NCBI GenBank assembly: GCA_965206595.1
Contig: OZ242214.1
Location: 2,656,001 to 2,720,000, forward strand
Length of the DNA stretch: 64,000 bases
Reading direction: 5' to 3'
Source of the DNA: Candidatus Latescibacterota bacterium
GTDB taxonomy: Bacteria; Latescibacterota; UBA2968; UBA8231
In this document: positions 17,336-28,450 of the stretch, one piece after another
Layout: every line of letters begins with the position of its first letter
Position numbering within the stretch: position 1 is the first letter of the stretch
Made by a program: the position numbers and the translations under genes
The notes under the pieces: model-generated
Database searches by the model: none
What the model saw: the letters and a program-made list of their open reading frames with translations, nothing else
Told to the model about the DNA's origin: nothing

Positions 17336-18477
17336 GGCAGCCCCCCGTCCAGAAGGTTGGAAAGCCAAGCCTCATCAAGACTCAATGAATCAAGGTTTTC
17401 TTGGGTGAAGTTCCCCGCATCGGCAGGCTTCATTCCCGTGCGGCCTTCGACCTTATCCACTAAAATGAGCTCATCGGGGTTTATCGCTCGAACAACGGAC
17501 TCGCTATGGGTGGTCAACCAGATAGGGTTTTCAGGCGACGCCCGCTGCCGCATCAAATCTATCAGCTCGCGGATGGCTTTTGCGTGAAGCCCTCTCTCAG
17601 GTTCCTCGATTAACGTCATTCCACCACCAGCAGGCTGGTCGAGAACGGCTACCAGCAAACAGAGCGCGTACATCGTCCCATCTGAAACCAAGTGGGCCGG
17701 GAACCGCTTCCTCGTCCCTTCCTCCTTGAAAAGGAGGGCAGCACTGCTATCCAGTCTCTGCTTTTCAGTCTGGATATTCTCGATTCCTGGTACAATCATT
17801 TCCATCCAATCCGAAATATCCCCCCGTACCAATCGATCTCCCTCCAAGCGATTCAAGACACTCGCCAGATTGTGCCCCTTGCGCTCTAACCTTGTTGGAT
17901 CAAGGTCGGATTTATCCGGCTCCTTTGCACCCGCAGGATCAATTCGGTATATATGCAAATTTCTCAGGAGTTCGGTGAGCGGCTCCTCCCCGAATATCGA
18001 GAGACCCGAATAGATGTTCGGAAGTCCTGAGAGTTGACGGGTATTGGACTCTTCTCCAACGACTATCGCGTTTTTTCCCCTTTTTCGCTTAAAGCGTTGT
18101 TTCCCGTTGACCCTCAAATATTCCTCGATTTCAGGTTCTTTCCCGAGATCGAAAATACTCAACAAATAGTGAGACGTTGCGAGCTCTTCTCCCTGCTCTT
18201 GGGAAAAATCGCCTTCGAGTTCAAAAGTGAACTTTCTGGAATTCGGCGCATAACGCTTCGCGGATTGTATATTGGCAAAGCCTCCATGCTCGCGCAGGGC
18301 GGTTTCAATCCCGTTACGCACAAACAGGCTGACAAAGTCCAACGCATCGAAAAAATTGCTCTTGCCCGAGCCATTCGCTCCAGCGAATACCGAGAAGGGG
18401 GAAAGCCCCTTTATCTCCAGAGCATCAATACTCTTGAAGTTCTCGATCCTCAAGGTTTGTATGGTTTTCTTCGTCAT
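17329..18477 (-). CDS. ABC/SMC-like ATPase (AAA_15/AAA_21 type)
   Basis: Motifs IENFKSI, Walker A GANGSGKS, signature VSDGT, Walker B LIEEPERGLH and H-loop TTHS. Confidence 0.9.
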   Translation of the reverse strand: MTKKTIQTLRIENFKSIDALEIKGLSPFSVFAGANGSGKSNFFDALDFVSLFVRNGIETALREHGGFANIQSAKRYAPNSRKFTFELEGDFSQEQGEELATSHYLLSIFDLGKEPEIEEYLRVNGKQRFKRKRGKNAIVVGEESNTRQLSGLPNIYSGLSIFGEEPLTELLRNLHIYRIDPAGAKEPDKSDLDPTRLERKGHNLASVLNRLEGDRLVRGDISDWMEMIVPGIENIQTEKQRLDSSAALLFKEEGTRKRFPAHLVSDGTMYALCLLVAVLDQPAGGGMTLIEEPERGLHAKAIRELIDLMRQRASPENPIWLTTHSESVVRAINPDELILVDKVEGRTGMKPADAGNFTQENLDSLSLDEAWLSNLLDGGLPW

Positions 18478-18811
18478 ATCAGGATCCGTTCCGTGCCTTT
18501 GCTGGGCTGGCGAAGACCGTCGAAAAACATTTCCTGCCTCCACATCGCACCTGTGAAAAGGCCACTTTCCACTCCGCAGAGGATCAATCCCGACGCAACT
18601 ACCGCCCTGCTACGGCGCAGATCCGCGGTTGCCCCTGCCGGTGGAAATCAAGGGTTTAAATTTCGAAGCTATGGCATCATGGGTAGTCCGCAACATGCAG
18701 GTAACAGAACCCGAGGAAAAGTCCGATCTTGAACGGTCCATGGGCTCGCATGACATCTCCTGTCGACCGCGGGGAGTTCGTGGGCTCGCTTCAACAGGCT
18801 GCCCCGCATCT

Positions 18812-19930
18812 CTACAAGCGGGACAGCCTGTGGGCGCGGTACGGGTTGCTGCAGGGCGGACCGTCGGCGACCTCGAGGGTGCCGGCGGAGACGTCCATGA
18901 CCACCGAGGCCAGGGTTTCCAGGACGAGCTCGTCCGGCTGGTCTTCCCGGTGCCGGCAGATCGATTCCGGCCGGTTCTCGTGATCGCGTAGGATGGCCTT
19001 CAGACGCTCGCTGCCCGCCTCCCCTTCCCCGATCAGCTCTCCGGCCCTGCGGGCGCGGTCGCAGAACCCGGGATACTGAACGGCCAGGCGGTCCTCGAGG
19101 CCGCGCTCCCGGGGAGGGCCGTCTTCACTGGCATCTGCAAAGACATTGCAATGCGACGCCCGCCCGCCCGGGGACGCGGCGACCACCGCGACGTCCACGG
19201 GACTCACCTCGAGCGAGGCTACATTCTCCTCGACTGAGCCCGGGGCACCCCGTTGCGCCATGGTGAAGTTGACCGAGGCCACCCGTTCGGCCGGCTCCAG
19301 AGTGCGGCGCGCCTCGTCGATGCTCGAGCAGTTCAGGGCGCTGCGCGCCAGCACCCAGACCGGCACCGCGGCCTCGAAGCGGTCGAGCTGCGATCCCATG
19401 GCGTTGGCGCACAGGGCGAGGCCCTCGGAGTTGAGCCCCTTGTGGCCGACGAACCCCGCCTCGACGTGGGTGAGGATGTCGGGGCGGTCCTCCTGCCGGA
19501 TCTCGAGCAGAATGCTGACCTCGGCGACCGGCACCGCCCAGTCCCAGTTCTGCCCGACCAGGGTGTGGCCGCTTTCGCTGGCCCGGGCGATTCCGAGGGA
19601 GGTGCATTCACCGCTTCCTGCCGGCGCTCCGGCGAAGAGGGTCGACAGCATGATCTCGTAGCGGCCGTTGACGATCAACACGTCGTCGACCGCGAGCCCG
19701 GAGCCGGCGGCGATCCCCTCGATCTCGGTCAGAATCTCCGCGTCGAAATCCCCAATCTTCCCGGCGAAACCGGAGATGATCTCGATCAGCTCCCCCCGGG
19801 TGCGGCCGCTCCCCTTCTCCCACATGTCGACGTAGAACTCGACCCCCTTGCGGATGAGGGGGCCGGCCTGCTCGCCGTACTGGCGGCCGCGTTCGAAAGG
19901 ACCGCCGCTGATGGTCACTTTGCGGGGCAT
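18812..19930 (-). CDS. Peptidase C45 family Ntn-hydrolase/acyltransferase
   Basis: Motifs RGRQYG, GEC(T) autocleavage Cys, GQNWDW, GLNSEG and SICRH. Confidence 0.88.
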   Translation of the reverse strand: MPRKVTISGGPFERGRQYGEQAGPLIRKGVEFYVDMWEKGSGRTRGELIEIISGFAGKIGDFDAEILTEIEGIAAGSGLAVDDVLIVNGRYEIMLSTLFAGAPAGSGECTSLGIARASESGHTLVGQNWDWAVPVAEVSILLEIRQEDRPDILTHVEAGFVGHKGLNSEGLALCANAMGSQLDRFEAAVPVWVLARSALNCSSIDEARRTLEPAERVASVNFTMAQRGAPGSVEENVASLEVSPVDVAVVAASPGGRASHCNVFADASEDGPPRERGLEDRLAVQYPGFCDRARRAGELIGEGEAGSERLKAILRDHENRPESICRHREDQPDELVLETLASVVMDVSAGTLEVADGPPCSNPYRAHRLSRL

Positions 19931-20030
19931 CGTTCTTCTCCGGACCCCCGGACCTGCATTGAGCGGTCAATCAGGTTGTGGCCCCGCGCGCCCGGCCCGA
20001 CTCCCCTGCACCTCGAATACGCGGACATCT

Positions 20031-20405
20031 CTACTCCTCCATCACCGTCTGCCTGTCCGCGGAGGAAAAGGAGATAAACAGGACCGCCTCCTCGGTTTCG
20101 GACAGGTTGCGGGCCTGGTGTGGGACTCCCGTGGGAATGGTGACGGTGTCGCCGGGGCCGAGCTCGGCGACACCGCCTGCGTCCAGCGTGTGGGAGATCC
20201 CGCCCGAAACGACGACGAGCACTTCCGAGCAGTTGGGATGGTAATGCCGGGGATTGGCCTGCCCCGGTTTCAACCGCGCCGTGCCCACGGTCATCTCTCC
20301 CGAATTGCCCAGCGCCCTGCTGGCGTGCCAGCGCAACTCCCCCCAGTCGGCGTCGGCGACCTCGCACTCGTTCGAGCGCAACACCGAAATTCCCGCTTCT
20401 TCCAT
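20031..20405 (-). CDS. Cupin domain protein
   Basis: HYHPNCSE and IPTGVPH metal-binding motifs. Confidence 0.88.
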   Translation of the reverse strand: MEEAGISVLRSNECEVADADWGELRWHASRALGNSGEMTVGTARLKPGQANPRHYHPNCSEVLVVVSGGISHTLDAGGVAELGPGDTVTIPTGVPHQARNLSETEEAVLFISFSSADRQTVMEE

Positions 20406-20497
20406 GGCAGCCTCCTTGGCTTCGTCTTGCTTTCCGCTGATAGCCGGCAGGCGTAGTATATGGCGGCCCCGAAACCGACACCACGCACCCCCTGCAT

Positions 20498-22549
20498 ATG
20501 ACAAAGCTGCACACCGCGCAGGAGCTGTCGCGGCTGCGCGGGCGCGCCTCGCAACCGGTCTTCGCGGCCGCGGTCGCCAAACTGCGTCAGGAGACGGACG
20601 AGTTCCTCGCCGGCGAACTCGCAGTCCCCGAGCGCTCCGCCGGCTTCTACCACCACTACTTCTGCCCCGACCACGCCGTCGAGCTCACCTTCGACCCGGC
20701 CTCTCCCACCCGGCACCGCTGCCCGAGCGACGGCCGTCTCTTCTCGGAGGAGCCTTTCGATTCGGCCTGGCTGTGGTTCGTCAACAACCGCCTCTCGACG
20801 ATGGCGTACTACCTGGCACTGCGCTGGGGCCTCGACCGGGAGCCGGGCCATCTCCGGCGCGCAGGAGAGATCCTCACCGGGTACGCCGCCCGTTACGGCA
20901 GCTACCGTCCGTTGCAGCCCCGGGAGTTCGGAAACGGCAAGGCGACCTTCCAGTCCCTCGACGAAGCGGTCTGGCTGATCCCCCTGGCGAGGGCCTACGA
21001 CCTGGTCCGGGACGGCCTGGCGGAAAGCGAACGAAACAAGGTCGAGGAACAGCTCCTCAGACCCGCGGCCGAACACATCCTCGGCCAGAAGTACCACCGG
21101 ATCCACAACATCGAGAACTGGCACAACGCCGCCATCGCCGCGGTCGGGTTGCTGCTCGGGGACGAACGCCTCCTCCGCATCGCCGTGGAGGAGGAGAACG
21201 GCTTCCACCACCAGCTCGCCGAAGGGGTGCGCGACGACGGGCTCTGGTGGGAGGGATCGTCGAGCTACCACTTCTACGCCCTGACCCCGATGATCGCCCT
21301 CGCCCAGGTCTGCGCCGGCCGCGGCCTCGAGCTGTGGAACCACGAGCGCTTCGAGAAGATGTTCCGCGCCCCGATCGATATGCTGCTTCCCGGTCTCAGG
21401 CTGCCGGCCAACAACGACTGCTGGTTCTTTTCCAGCCTCGTCGCCGATGTCTGTCACGGAGTTCCGGCCGCCGCGGCCTTCTACGAGGTCGCCCACGCCT
21501 GGTACGGCGACCCCGCCTTCGCCTGGGTTCTCACAGAGAACTACCGGCACGGGAAGCGCGACTCCCTGGAGGCCCTGCTCCACGGCCGCGACGAGGTGGC
21601 CGAAGCCTCGGCCCCTTGCCTGCGTAGCGTCAACTTCGAGCCGACCGGATGCGCCCTGTTCAGGTCTCCGGGGCCGCTGGAAAAACAGGACTGCCTGCTG
21701 CTCAAGTACGGCCCCGACGGGGGCGGACACGGCCACCCGGACAAGCTCGGCACCTTCGCCTACGCAAGGGGCATCGACCTCTCCGCGGATCTCGGCACGC
21801 CCGGGTACGGAATCGAGCTGAACGACACCTGGTACCGGCAGACGCTCAGTCACAACACCGTGCTCCTCGACGGCTGCTCCCAGCCCCCGGCCGAAGGCAG
21901 GCTGGTCCGTTTCGAAAGCGGCGATCGCTTGTTCGAGGTCGCCGACGCCGAGGTCGAATTCGACGAGCCGCCCTGGGAAGGGGTGTCGCTGCGGCGGGTC
22001 ATCCTGTGGATGCCGGGGTACTACCTCGACTTCACCCGGGTGAGGTGCGACCGCGAAAGGCAGATCGATCTCCCCTGCCGCATGCGAGGGGGTGCCTTCG
22101 ATGCCCGCGGCCTCGAGCCCTGCCCCGACCCGCCGCGGCTGCAGGGAGCGGGATACGAGCACGTGAGCGGGGCGCAGGTTTTCACCGCCCCCGGAGTGGC
22201 GGAGCTGCGCTGGCGACAGGAGACCGGCTCCACCGCCCTTCACCTGCCCGACGGAGGGGATTCCGAGATCATCCTCGGGCAGGTTCCCGGCAATCCCGCG
22301 GCCGACTGCAGCGCCATCGTCATCCGGCGGCGGCGAGCCCTGGAAACGGCGTTCCTTTCGGTGGTCGAGCTCTCCTGCGAGGAGCCGCTGGAGGTGGCCC
22401 CCTGGCCGGGGGTCACTGATGGTTTCCGGGGGGTCGTGGTGAAACAGGGGGGACGTCAGAGGGCCTGGGCTTTCTGCGAGTCCGGGTGCGAGCCGCCCCC
22501 GCTTCCGCCGGGGGCCGCCGGCGCAAAAATCGAGCGCTACCAGTTGTAG
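20498..22549 (+). CDS. Heparinase II/III / oligo-alginate lyase-like polysaccharide lyase
   Basis: Motifs QSLDEAVW, IHNIENWH, WWEGSSSYHFY, GHGHPDKL and WYRQTLSHNTV; no signal peptide seen. Confidence 0.82.
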   Translation: MTKLHTAQELSRLRGRASQPVFAAAVAKLRQETDEFLAGELAVPERSAGFYHHYFCPDHAVELTFDPASPTRHRCPSDGRLFSEEPFDSAWLWFVNNRLSTMAYYLALRWGLDREPGHLRRAGEILTGYAARYGSYRPLQPREFGNGKATFQSLDEAVWLIPLARAYDLVRDGLAESERNKVEEQLLRPAAEHILGQKYHRIHNIENWHNAAIAAVGLLLGDERLLRIAVEEENGFHHQLAEGVRDDGLWWEGSSSYHFYALTPMIALAQVCAGRGLELWNHERFEKMFRAPIDMLLPGLRLPANNDCWFFSSLVADVCHGVPAAAAFYEVAHAWYGDPAFAWVLTENYRHGKRDSLEALLHGRDEVAEASAPCLRSVNFEPTGCALFRSPGPLEKQDCLLLKYGPDGGGHGHPDKLGTFAYARGIDLSADLGTPGYGIELNDTWYRQTLSHNTVLLDGCSQPPAEGRLVRFESGDRLFEVADAEVEFDEPPWEGVSLRRVILWMPGYYLDFTRVRCDRERQIDLPCRMRGGAFDARGLEPCPDPPRLQGAGYEHVSGAQVFTAPGVAELRWRQETGSTALHLPDGGDSEIILGQVPGNPAADCSAIVIRRRRALETAFLSVVELSCEEPLEVAPWPGVTDGFRGVVVKQGGRQRAWAFCESGCEPPPLPPGAAGAKIERYQL

Positions 22550-22586
22550 CCGGGATGGACCTGTTCATGGCTGAGGGAGGCCGCCA

Positions 22587-23654
22587 ATGAGAGCATTCTT
22601 TTTCTGGGAAGACGGACGCGGCATCGCCATCAGGGGGCGCAGCAACCCGTACGCCGGGCTGCTGGGGCGCGCTCTCGAGAAGCGCGGCATCCATCTCGAC
22701 GAGGGGCTGTACCGGTTCGAGCGGGAGTGGCTGGAGGAGGGCCGCGAGGACCACGAGGTCCTGCACCTGCACTGGCTGCACGGCTTCTACCGCACCGGGG
22801 ACCTGCAGTCGACGATCGAGAGGTGCAACCGCTTCTGCGACACTCTCCGCTACGCCAAAGCGACCCTCGGGTACCGCATCGTCTGGACGATGCACAACTT
22901 CTACCCGCACGAGCGCCCCTTCCCCGAGGTCGACCACCTAGCGCGGCTGTTCGTCGCCCGCGAGGCGGACGCCGCAATCGCCCACTGCCGCTACGCCGCC
23001 GGGCTCTGCAGGAAGCAGTTCCATTTCGAGGGGGAGGTGAACGTCATCCCGCACGGCAACTTCATCGACGTCTTCCCCGACGAGGTCACCCGCGCCGAGG
23101 CCCGGGAGCGGCTCGGCCTTCCGCCCGCTTCCTTCGTCTACCTGTTCTTCGGCAACGCGCGCACCTACAAGGGGGTCGACGCCCTGATCGAGGCCTTCCG
23201 CGAGATCGACCCGGACGACGCCGAGCTGTTGCTGATGATGCGCGCCTCCTTCAACCCGCAGTACGCGCAGGAGCTGCGCGACCTCGCCGCCGGGGACGCG
23301 CGCGTGCGCATCCACACCTCCGACTTCTTCCCGGAGGAGGACTTCCAGGTCTTCCTCAACAGCGCCGACGTCGTGGTGATTCCCTTCTCCGAGGTGCTGA
23401 CCTCCGGATCGACCATCGCGGCGCTGGGGTTCGGCAAGCCGGTGGTGCTGCCGGCTCGCGGCTGCCTGCCCGAGCTGATCGACGACTCCATGGGCATCCT
23501 CTTCGACCCGGACCGGGAGGGGGCCCTGCAGGAGGCGATGCGGGAGATCCGGAACCGCGACCTCGAGGCGGCCGGACGCGCCGCCCGCGCCTGCGCCGAG
23601 AGCCTCGACTGGGAGGAGATCGCCGACCGGCACGCGAGCCTGTACAGGGGGTAG
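22587..23654 (+). CDS. Glycosyltransferase family 4
   Basis: Motifs NPY, HLHW, VWTMHN, IPHGNF, YKGVD, ADVVVIPF and ALGFGKPVV. Confidence 0.88.
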   Translation: MRAFFFWEDGRGIAIRGRSNPYAGLLGRALEKRGIHLDEGLYRFEREWLEEGREDHEVLHLHWLHGFYRTGDLQSTIERCNRFCDTLRYAKATLGYRIVWTMHNFYPHERPFPEVDHLARLFVAREADAAIAHCRYAAGLCRKQFHFEGEVNVIPHGNFIDVFPDEVTRAEARERLGLPPASFVYLFFGNARTYKGVDALIEAFREIDPDDAELLLMMRASFNPQYAQELRDLAAGDARVRIHTSDFFPEEDFQVFLNSADVVVIPFSEVLTSGSTIAALGFGKPVVLPARGCLPELIDDSMGILFDPDREGALQEAMREIRNRDLEAAGRAARACAESLDWEEIADRHASLYRG

Positions 23655-23799
23655 CCGCGGAGCAGGGCCCGCGCCGGACCCAGGGGTTGCCTGCCCGCGG
23701 CCGAGGCGAGGCAGAGGCGGCCCGGCGGTTTTCCCTGCAAGGCCAGGCCAAAACCAGCAGACGGACTGTCGTATCAGATTTCAGCTTATCGAAAAGGAG

Positions 23800-24934
23800 A
23801 TGCGAGTGCACATCTACGAAGAGCTTGGAGTGCGCACCCTGATCAACGCCGCCGGCGCCATGTCGCGCTACGGGGGATCCCTGATGGACCCCGGGTTGTT
23901 CGATGTAATGCGCGAGGCGGGCGGGAAGTTCTGCATGCTCGACGAGCTGCACGAGAAGGTCGGGGAGCGCATCGCCGGCCTGCTCGAGGTCGAGGCGGCC
24001 TACGTGACCGCCAGCGCCGCTTCCGGCCTGGTGCTGACCACCGCGGCCTGCATGGCCGGCACCGATACGGAGCGCATCGCACGGCTGCCCGACAGCAGCG
24101 GGATGAGATCGGAGGTCGTCATCCAGCGGCTGCACCGCATCGGCTACGACCAGGCGATCCGCCTGGCAGGGGCCACCCTGGTGGTGGTGGTCGACGACGA
24201 CGGGGTGCCTCCGCTCGCGGCGATGCGGGACGCGGTCGGCGGCGACACCGCAGCGATCTTCTGCATGGCCCACAGGCTCGAGGAGCCCGGGTCCCTGCGG
24301 ATCGAGGATTTCGTCGCCCTGTCGAGGGAGTCGGGAGTGCCGCTCGTGGTCGACGCCGCCTCCGAGTGCCCGCCGATGTCGACGCTGACAAGGTTCTGCC
24401 GGGAGGGGGCGAACCTGGTGATTTTCAGCGGCGGCAAGAGCCTGCTGGGGCCCCAGTCGACCGGACTGGTGGTAGGACGGCGCGACCTCATCGCCGCCTG
24501 CGCCGCCAACGGCAACCCGTTCGCGACCGTCGGACGGCCCATGAAGGTCAGCCGCGAGGAGGTGATCGGCTTCCTCAAGGCGCTCGAGAGCTACCTCGCC
24601 CGCGACCACGAGGCGGACCGCGCCCGCTGGCAGGCCCAGGTCCGGCACGTCGAGGAGGCCCTCGCCGGACTTCCCGGGCATCGAGCTGCAGCACCTGGTC
24701 AAGTGCGGGACCTACACCGTCCCCCTGCTCGGGGTGCGCCCGCTGCCCGGCGCCGGGTTCACCCGCTCCGACATCTTCGCGGCGCTGGAGGCGGGGGAGC
24801 CGCAGATCATGGTCTCCGAGGGGTACACCGACGACCACGTCATCATCAACCCGCACATGCTTCAGCCCGGCGAGGTGGAGATCGTGGCGGCGCGCTGCGC
24901 CGAGGTGATTCGGCAGCTCGGCCAGCGGGGGTAG
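23800..24934 (+). pseudogene. SelA/DgaE-like PLP-dependent enzyme, frameshift near 24675
   Basis: Motifs INAAG, VDAASE, FSGGK (PLP Lys) and GRPMKV. The C-terminus (INPHMLQPGEVEIV) continues in another frame after CCCGGG. Confidence 0.82.
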
Positions 24935-25037
24935 GTCGCGGACCGGCCTCACTCGGGATCTCGAAGCGGATCCGTCAGGGACCGAGGCGATCCTGAGGCA
25001 CGCCCAGACCGGGCACGCCGCGATGTCGCCCCGGATG

Positions 25038-26613
25038 TCAGGACTCTGGTTTCGGGCGCCGCAGTCCGTACTTGGACATGCGGTAACGCAGCTTCTCCGG
25101 ATGCATGCCCAACAGGCGAGCTGCCCCCCGGTCTCCATAGACGATCCAGTTGGTCGCCTTGAGCGCCTCGAGAATCCGCTGCTTTTCGTCCTTTTCTTCA
25201 GAAGCCCCCGGCGCAACCGGCTGGACAGGCGCGGGCGGTTCAGCCGAAAGCGGCAGATCCCCAACCTCGATGACACTGCCTTCGCACAGCCCGACCGCCC
25301 GCCGGATCAGGTGCTCCAGCTCGCGCACCTTCCCCGGCCAGGAATGTCCCTGCAAGTGCACAATCGCCTCTTTTCCCAGGCTCGGGACCGGCCGCTTGAG
25401 GTGGTGAGCGGACCTGGCAGCGAAATGCGCCGCCAGGATGGGGATCTCCTCCCGGCGGTCCCGCAACGGGGGAAGCACAACCGGGAACTCGCTCAATCGG
25501 TAGTACAGGTCCTGACGGAAGGTCCCTTCTTCGACAGCTCCTTCCAGGTCGCGGTTGGTCGCGGCAATCACCCGCACATCCACATGGATGGGCTCATTGG
25601 CACCGACGCGCCTGATCTGGCCATCCTCCAGGACGTGGAGCAACGCCCGTTGCGCTTCCAAGGAGAGATCGCTGATTCCATCGAGGAACAAGGTGCCGCC
25701 ATGGGCTCGTTCAAAGCATCCGATCTGCCCGGTCGCCGCACCTGAATAGACTCCCTGCTCCCGGCCGAACAGTTCGCTTTCCACCAGCCCCGAGGGCAGC
25801 GCCCCGCAGTTGATCTGAACGAAGAGGTGCTCTCTGCGTGGGCTCAGAGCGTGGATTTCCCGGGCGAGCATGCTCTTGCCCGTCCCCGTCTCGCCGGCCA
25901 GCATCAGGGTCATGTCAGTCCGGACCACCTGCCCGAGCTGCGACAGAACACGGGATATGGTCGGGGCTTGGCCAGCCACTGCCTGAACTGTTACTGCCCG
26001 CTCCTCCTCCAGGCTCTCGAGGCCGGCCACCTTTTGGCCTCGGACCACCTGCATTTCCAGGCGAGCCACCTCCGACACCAAGTCGTCCCGGTCCCGGGCC
26101 CGCACTTCAAAGCGGTATTCCCCGGCCGGCAAGCCGCGGTAGGCGACCTTGTTATCAGGCCTGAAATCGCTCCATTCCTTCGCAGAACCGTGACGGACGA
26201 GCCGGTGGCTGTAGCGCATCTGACCTGCCCCCCCGATCCGGAAACGGATGCCCTGGAAATGAAGGGCTATTTCAGGGGTGCCCTCCGGGAAGGATAGGAC
26301 TTTGGGTGCCTCCAGGAGCCGCCCCTTTTCCATCCGGCGGATCACGATGCCCGGAAGAGTATGGGGCGGCCCGGCCGTCCAGGCTGATGACCCCACGGTC
26401 CTGGGTTGCCAGCCAGGTAGTACCTGCCGAGTCCGTGGCCATGTTAAAAACACGCCCTATGGGGCGGCCATCGATGGCGGTCGTGCTCCTGGTGCACTGA
26501 CCGTCGGCGAACCACCCGATCCCGGCACTTGTCAGGACTCGCAGAAAGCCGTCAGCCTGCGGCTGCAAGCCCAGGATTTCATTGGACGGCAGTCCGTGCT
26601 CGGTAGTGTACAT
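25038..26613 (-). pseudogene. Sigma-54-dependent activator with truncated sensor propeller and Y_Y_Y domain; degenerate
   Basis: GETGTGKS, ESELFG, RVIAATNRDL, DLYYRL and an HTH are present. GAFTGA is changed to GVYSGA and Walker B DE to DG. The propeller piece YTTEHGLPSN is in another frame. Confidence 0.78.
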
Positions 26614-26614
26614 T

Positions 26615-26716
26615 GACGTAAGTGAAATTCTCGCCGGACATCGCCACCGCCACGTCCAGGCCGGCGGCGTGGATCTCTGCTTGCAGGGCGGCGATGTCGG
26701 CTCGGGGTCCGGGCAT
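26615..26716 (-). pseudogene. N-terminal stub resembling creatinase/M24 aminopeptidase
   Basis: GAGG RBS followed by MPGPRADIAALQAEIHAAGLDVAVAMSGENFTYV, then an abrupt junction. Confidence 0.5.
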
Positions 26717-26759
26717 TTTACCTCGCACCTACAAACCTGCGGCCGCGAACTCGCCAGCT

Positions 26760-28450
26760 TCAGCCGCCGCCAATCGTAAACTGCCGTAACGGAATCGACC
26801 TGTAACGCTTGTCGCCTTCCGCGATTTCAATCGACTGGTCCATCGGCACATCAGAGAAGGTCTGAGTCAAATCAGACGTGGGCCAGTACACTTCGATCGA
26901 CTCGATCCGTTCAGCTTTTCCTAGACCAATGTTCTGACGCAGCGGATTGCACCCGAAGCTGCCGCCACTGTTGACGTATCGGTAAATCGATCGCTCGCCG
27001 CTGTCTTCGACGATCCTGACGTGAATACGTGCACCGATCGCACAACGGTTTGATTGCCGACCCGTAAGTTTGACTGTGATCCAGTGGTGGTTGAACCCTG
27101 GATTCTCGAACAGCGCGTCGTGATAATGGTCACCTGGCAATTGCCCGCCAGTCTGAACGTAGAGGTCCTGGTCTCCATCATTGTCGATGTCGGCGAAGCT
27201 GACTCCATGCCCCTTCTGGAGGTGTCCGAACCCGCCTGCCATTGTGACGTTGGCAAACCGCTCACCCCCCTGACTGACGTACATGACATTTGGCCGCAAT
27301 TCCGAGTATGGGACGTCACCGGTCGCGAGATAGAAATCGAGCCAGCCATCGCCGTTTACGTCGCCAAAGTTTGCACCCATTGGATTCGTTGCATAGGTGA
27401 TCTTTCGTTCAATCGCTTCGTAAACAAAGCCGCCTTTCCCATCACCGTGATATAAGGCGGGCAGCCCGAATCCAATCTTCATCGGCGGCCCCCCCGCTCC
27501 GGACGATCTAACGCTAAACGTGACAACTCCATCATCATACGATCGGGCCGCAATAGGACTGTATGAAGACATAGGACTGTATGAAGACAATGACTCGATT
27601 GCGACGGGACCCATACTGCTACCGACGTACAGATCCAGGGCGCCATCGTTGTTGAAGTCCCAGAACCAAGAGGCCCATCCGTCCTTCGGCTTCGTGACAT
27701 TCATGGCCTCGGCCACATTCGTGAACGTGCCGTTCTGATTGTTGTGGTATAGACCGTGGCGGTCGCGGGGATAATCTCCACAAGCGAACAAGTCCGGATA
27801 ACGGTCGTTGTCGTAGTCACCCCAGACCACGGCCATAGTAAAACGACTGTCGTCAACACCGGCGGCGGCGGCCACATCGGTAAATGTCTCGTCACCGTTA
27901 TTGCGAAACAGCTGCGACGGAATCTCAAAACCATCGCGCGCTTCGTTTCCAATGAACAGATCCAGGTCGCCGTCGTTGTCGTAATCCGCCCAGCTGGCTG
28001 TCTTCGTCGGATAGTGAACTTCGCCCAGCCCCGCCTGGAATGTGACGTCAGTAAACGTAAGGTTGCCATTGTTCCGCAGCAGCGAATTCGGATGTCGGCC
28101 AGCGGGGCCCAGCCACGCGCCGCGCAGGATCAGGACGTCCAGATTGCCGTCGTTGTTATAGTCCGCCTGGACCACGTTCAGTCCGCCGTAGAGACCCGTC
28201 AGGCCGGCATCATCACTCAGGTCCGTGAACGTTCCATCGCGGTTGTTATGAAAAAATCGACACGGCAACGTTGGATCGGCGGTCGACACGAAGATGTCCA
28301 GGTAATCGTCGTTGTCGAAATCATCGACGATCGCGCCGCCCGCGGCATTCCAGGTGTTCAAATTCAGCTTGGGCGCCACATTCTCGAATCGAGGAAACTC
28401 AATCTCTGACTCGAAGAACTCAGTCGGTACGAGGTACTCCTTCGGGACCT
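26760..28450 (-). CDS. CRTAC1/ASPIC-UnbV FG-GAP repeat protein (C-terminal part, fused in frame to upstream MNT)
   Basis: Repeated DxNNDGxLD motifs, HLQKGHG, NRCAIGARI, SGGSFG and EVYWP. Confidence 0.85.
27553..27588. repeat. Perfect 18-bp in-frame tandem duplication (SSYSPM/SSYSPI)
   Basis: ATAGGACTGTATGAAGAC x2. Confidence 0.9.

Noticed and set aside
15532-18732. Plus-strand ORFs of 365, 187 and 232 aa over the defence islet
   Set aside because: They are antisense to motif-bearing nuclease and ATPase genes and show no homology cues.
23800-24934. Selenocysteine synthase or recoding interpretation of the SelA-like gene
   Set aside because: No selB, selC or selD nearby and no in-frame UGA; the break is a simple frameshift.
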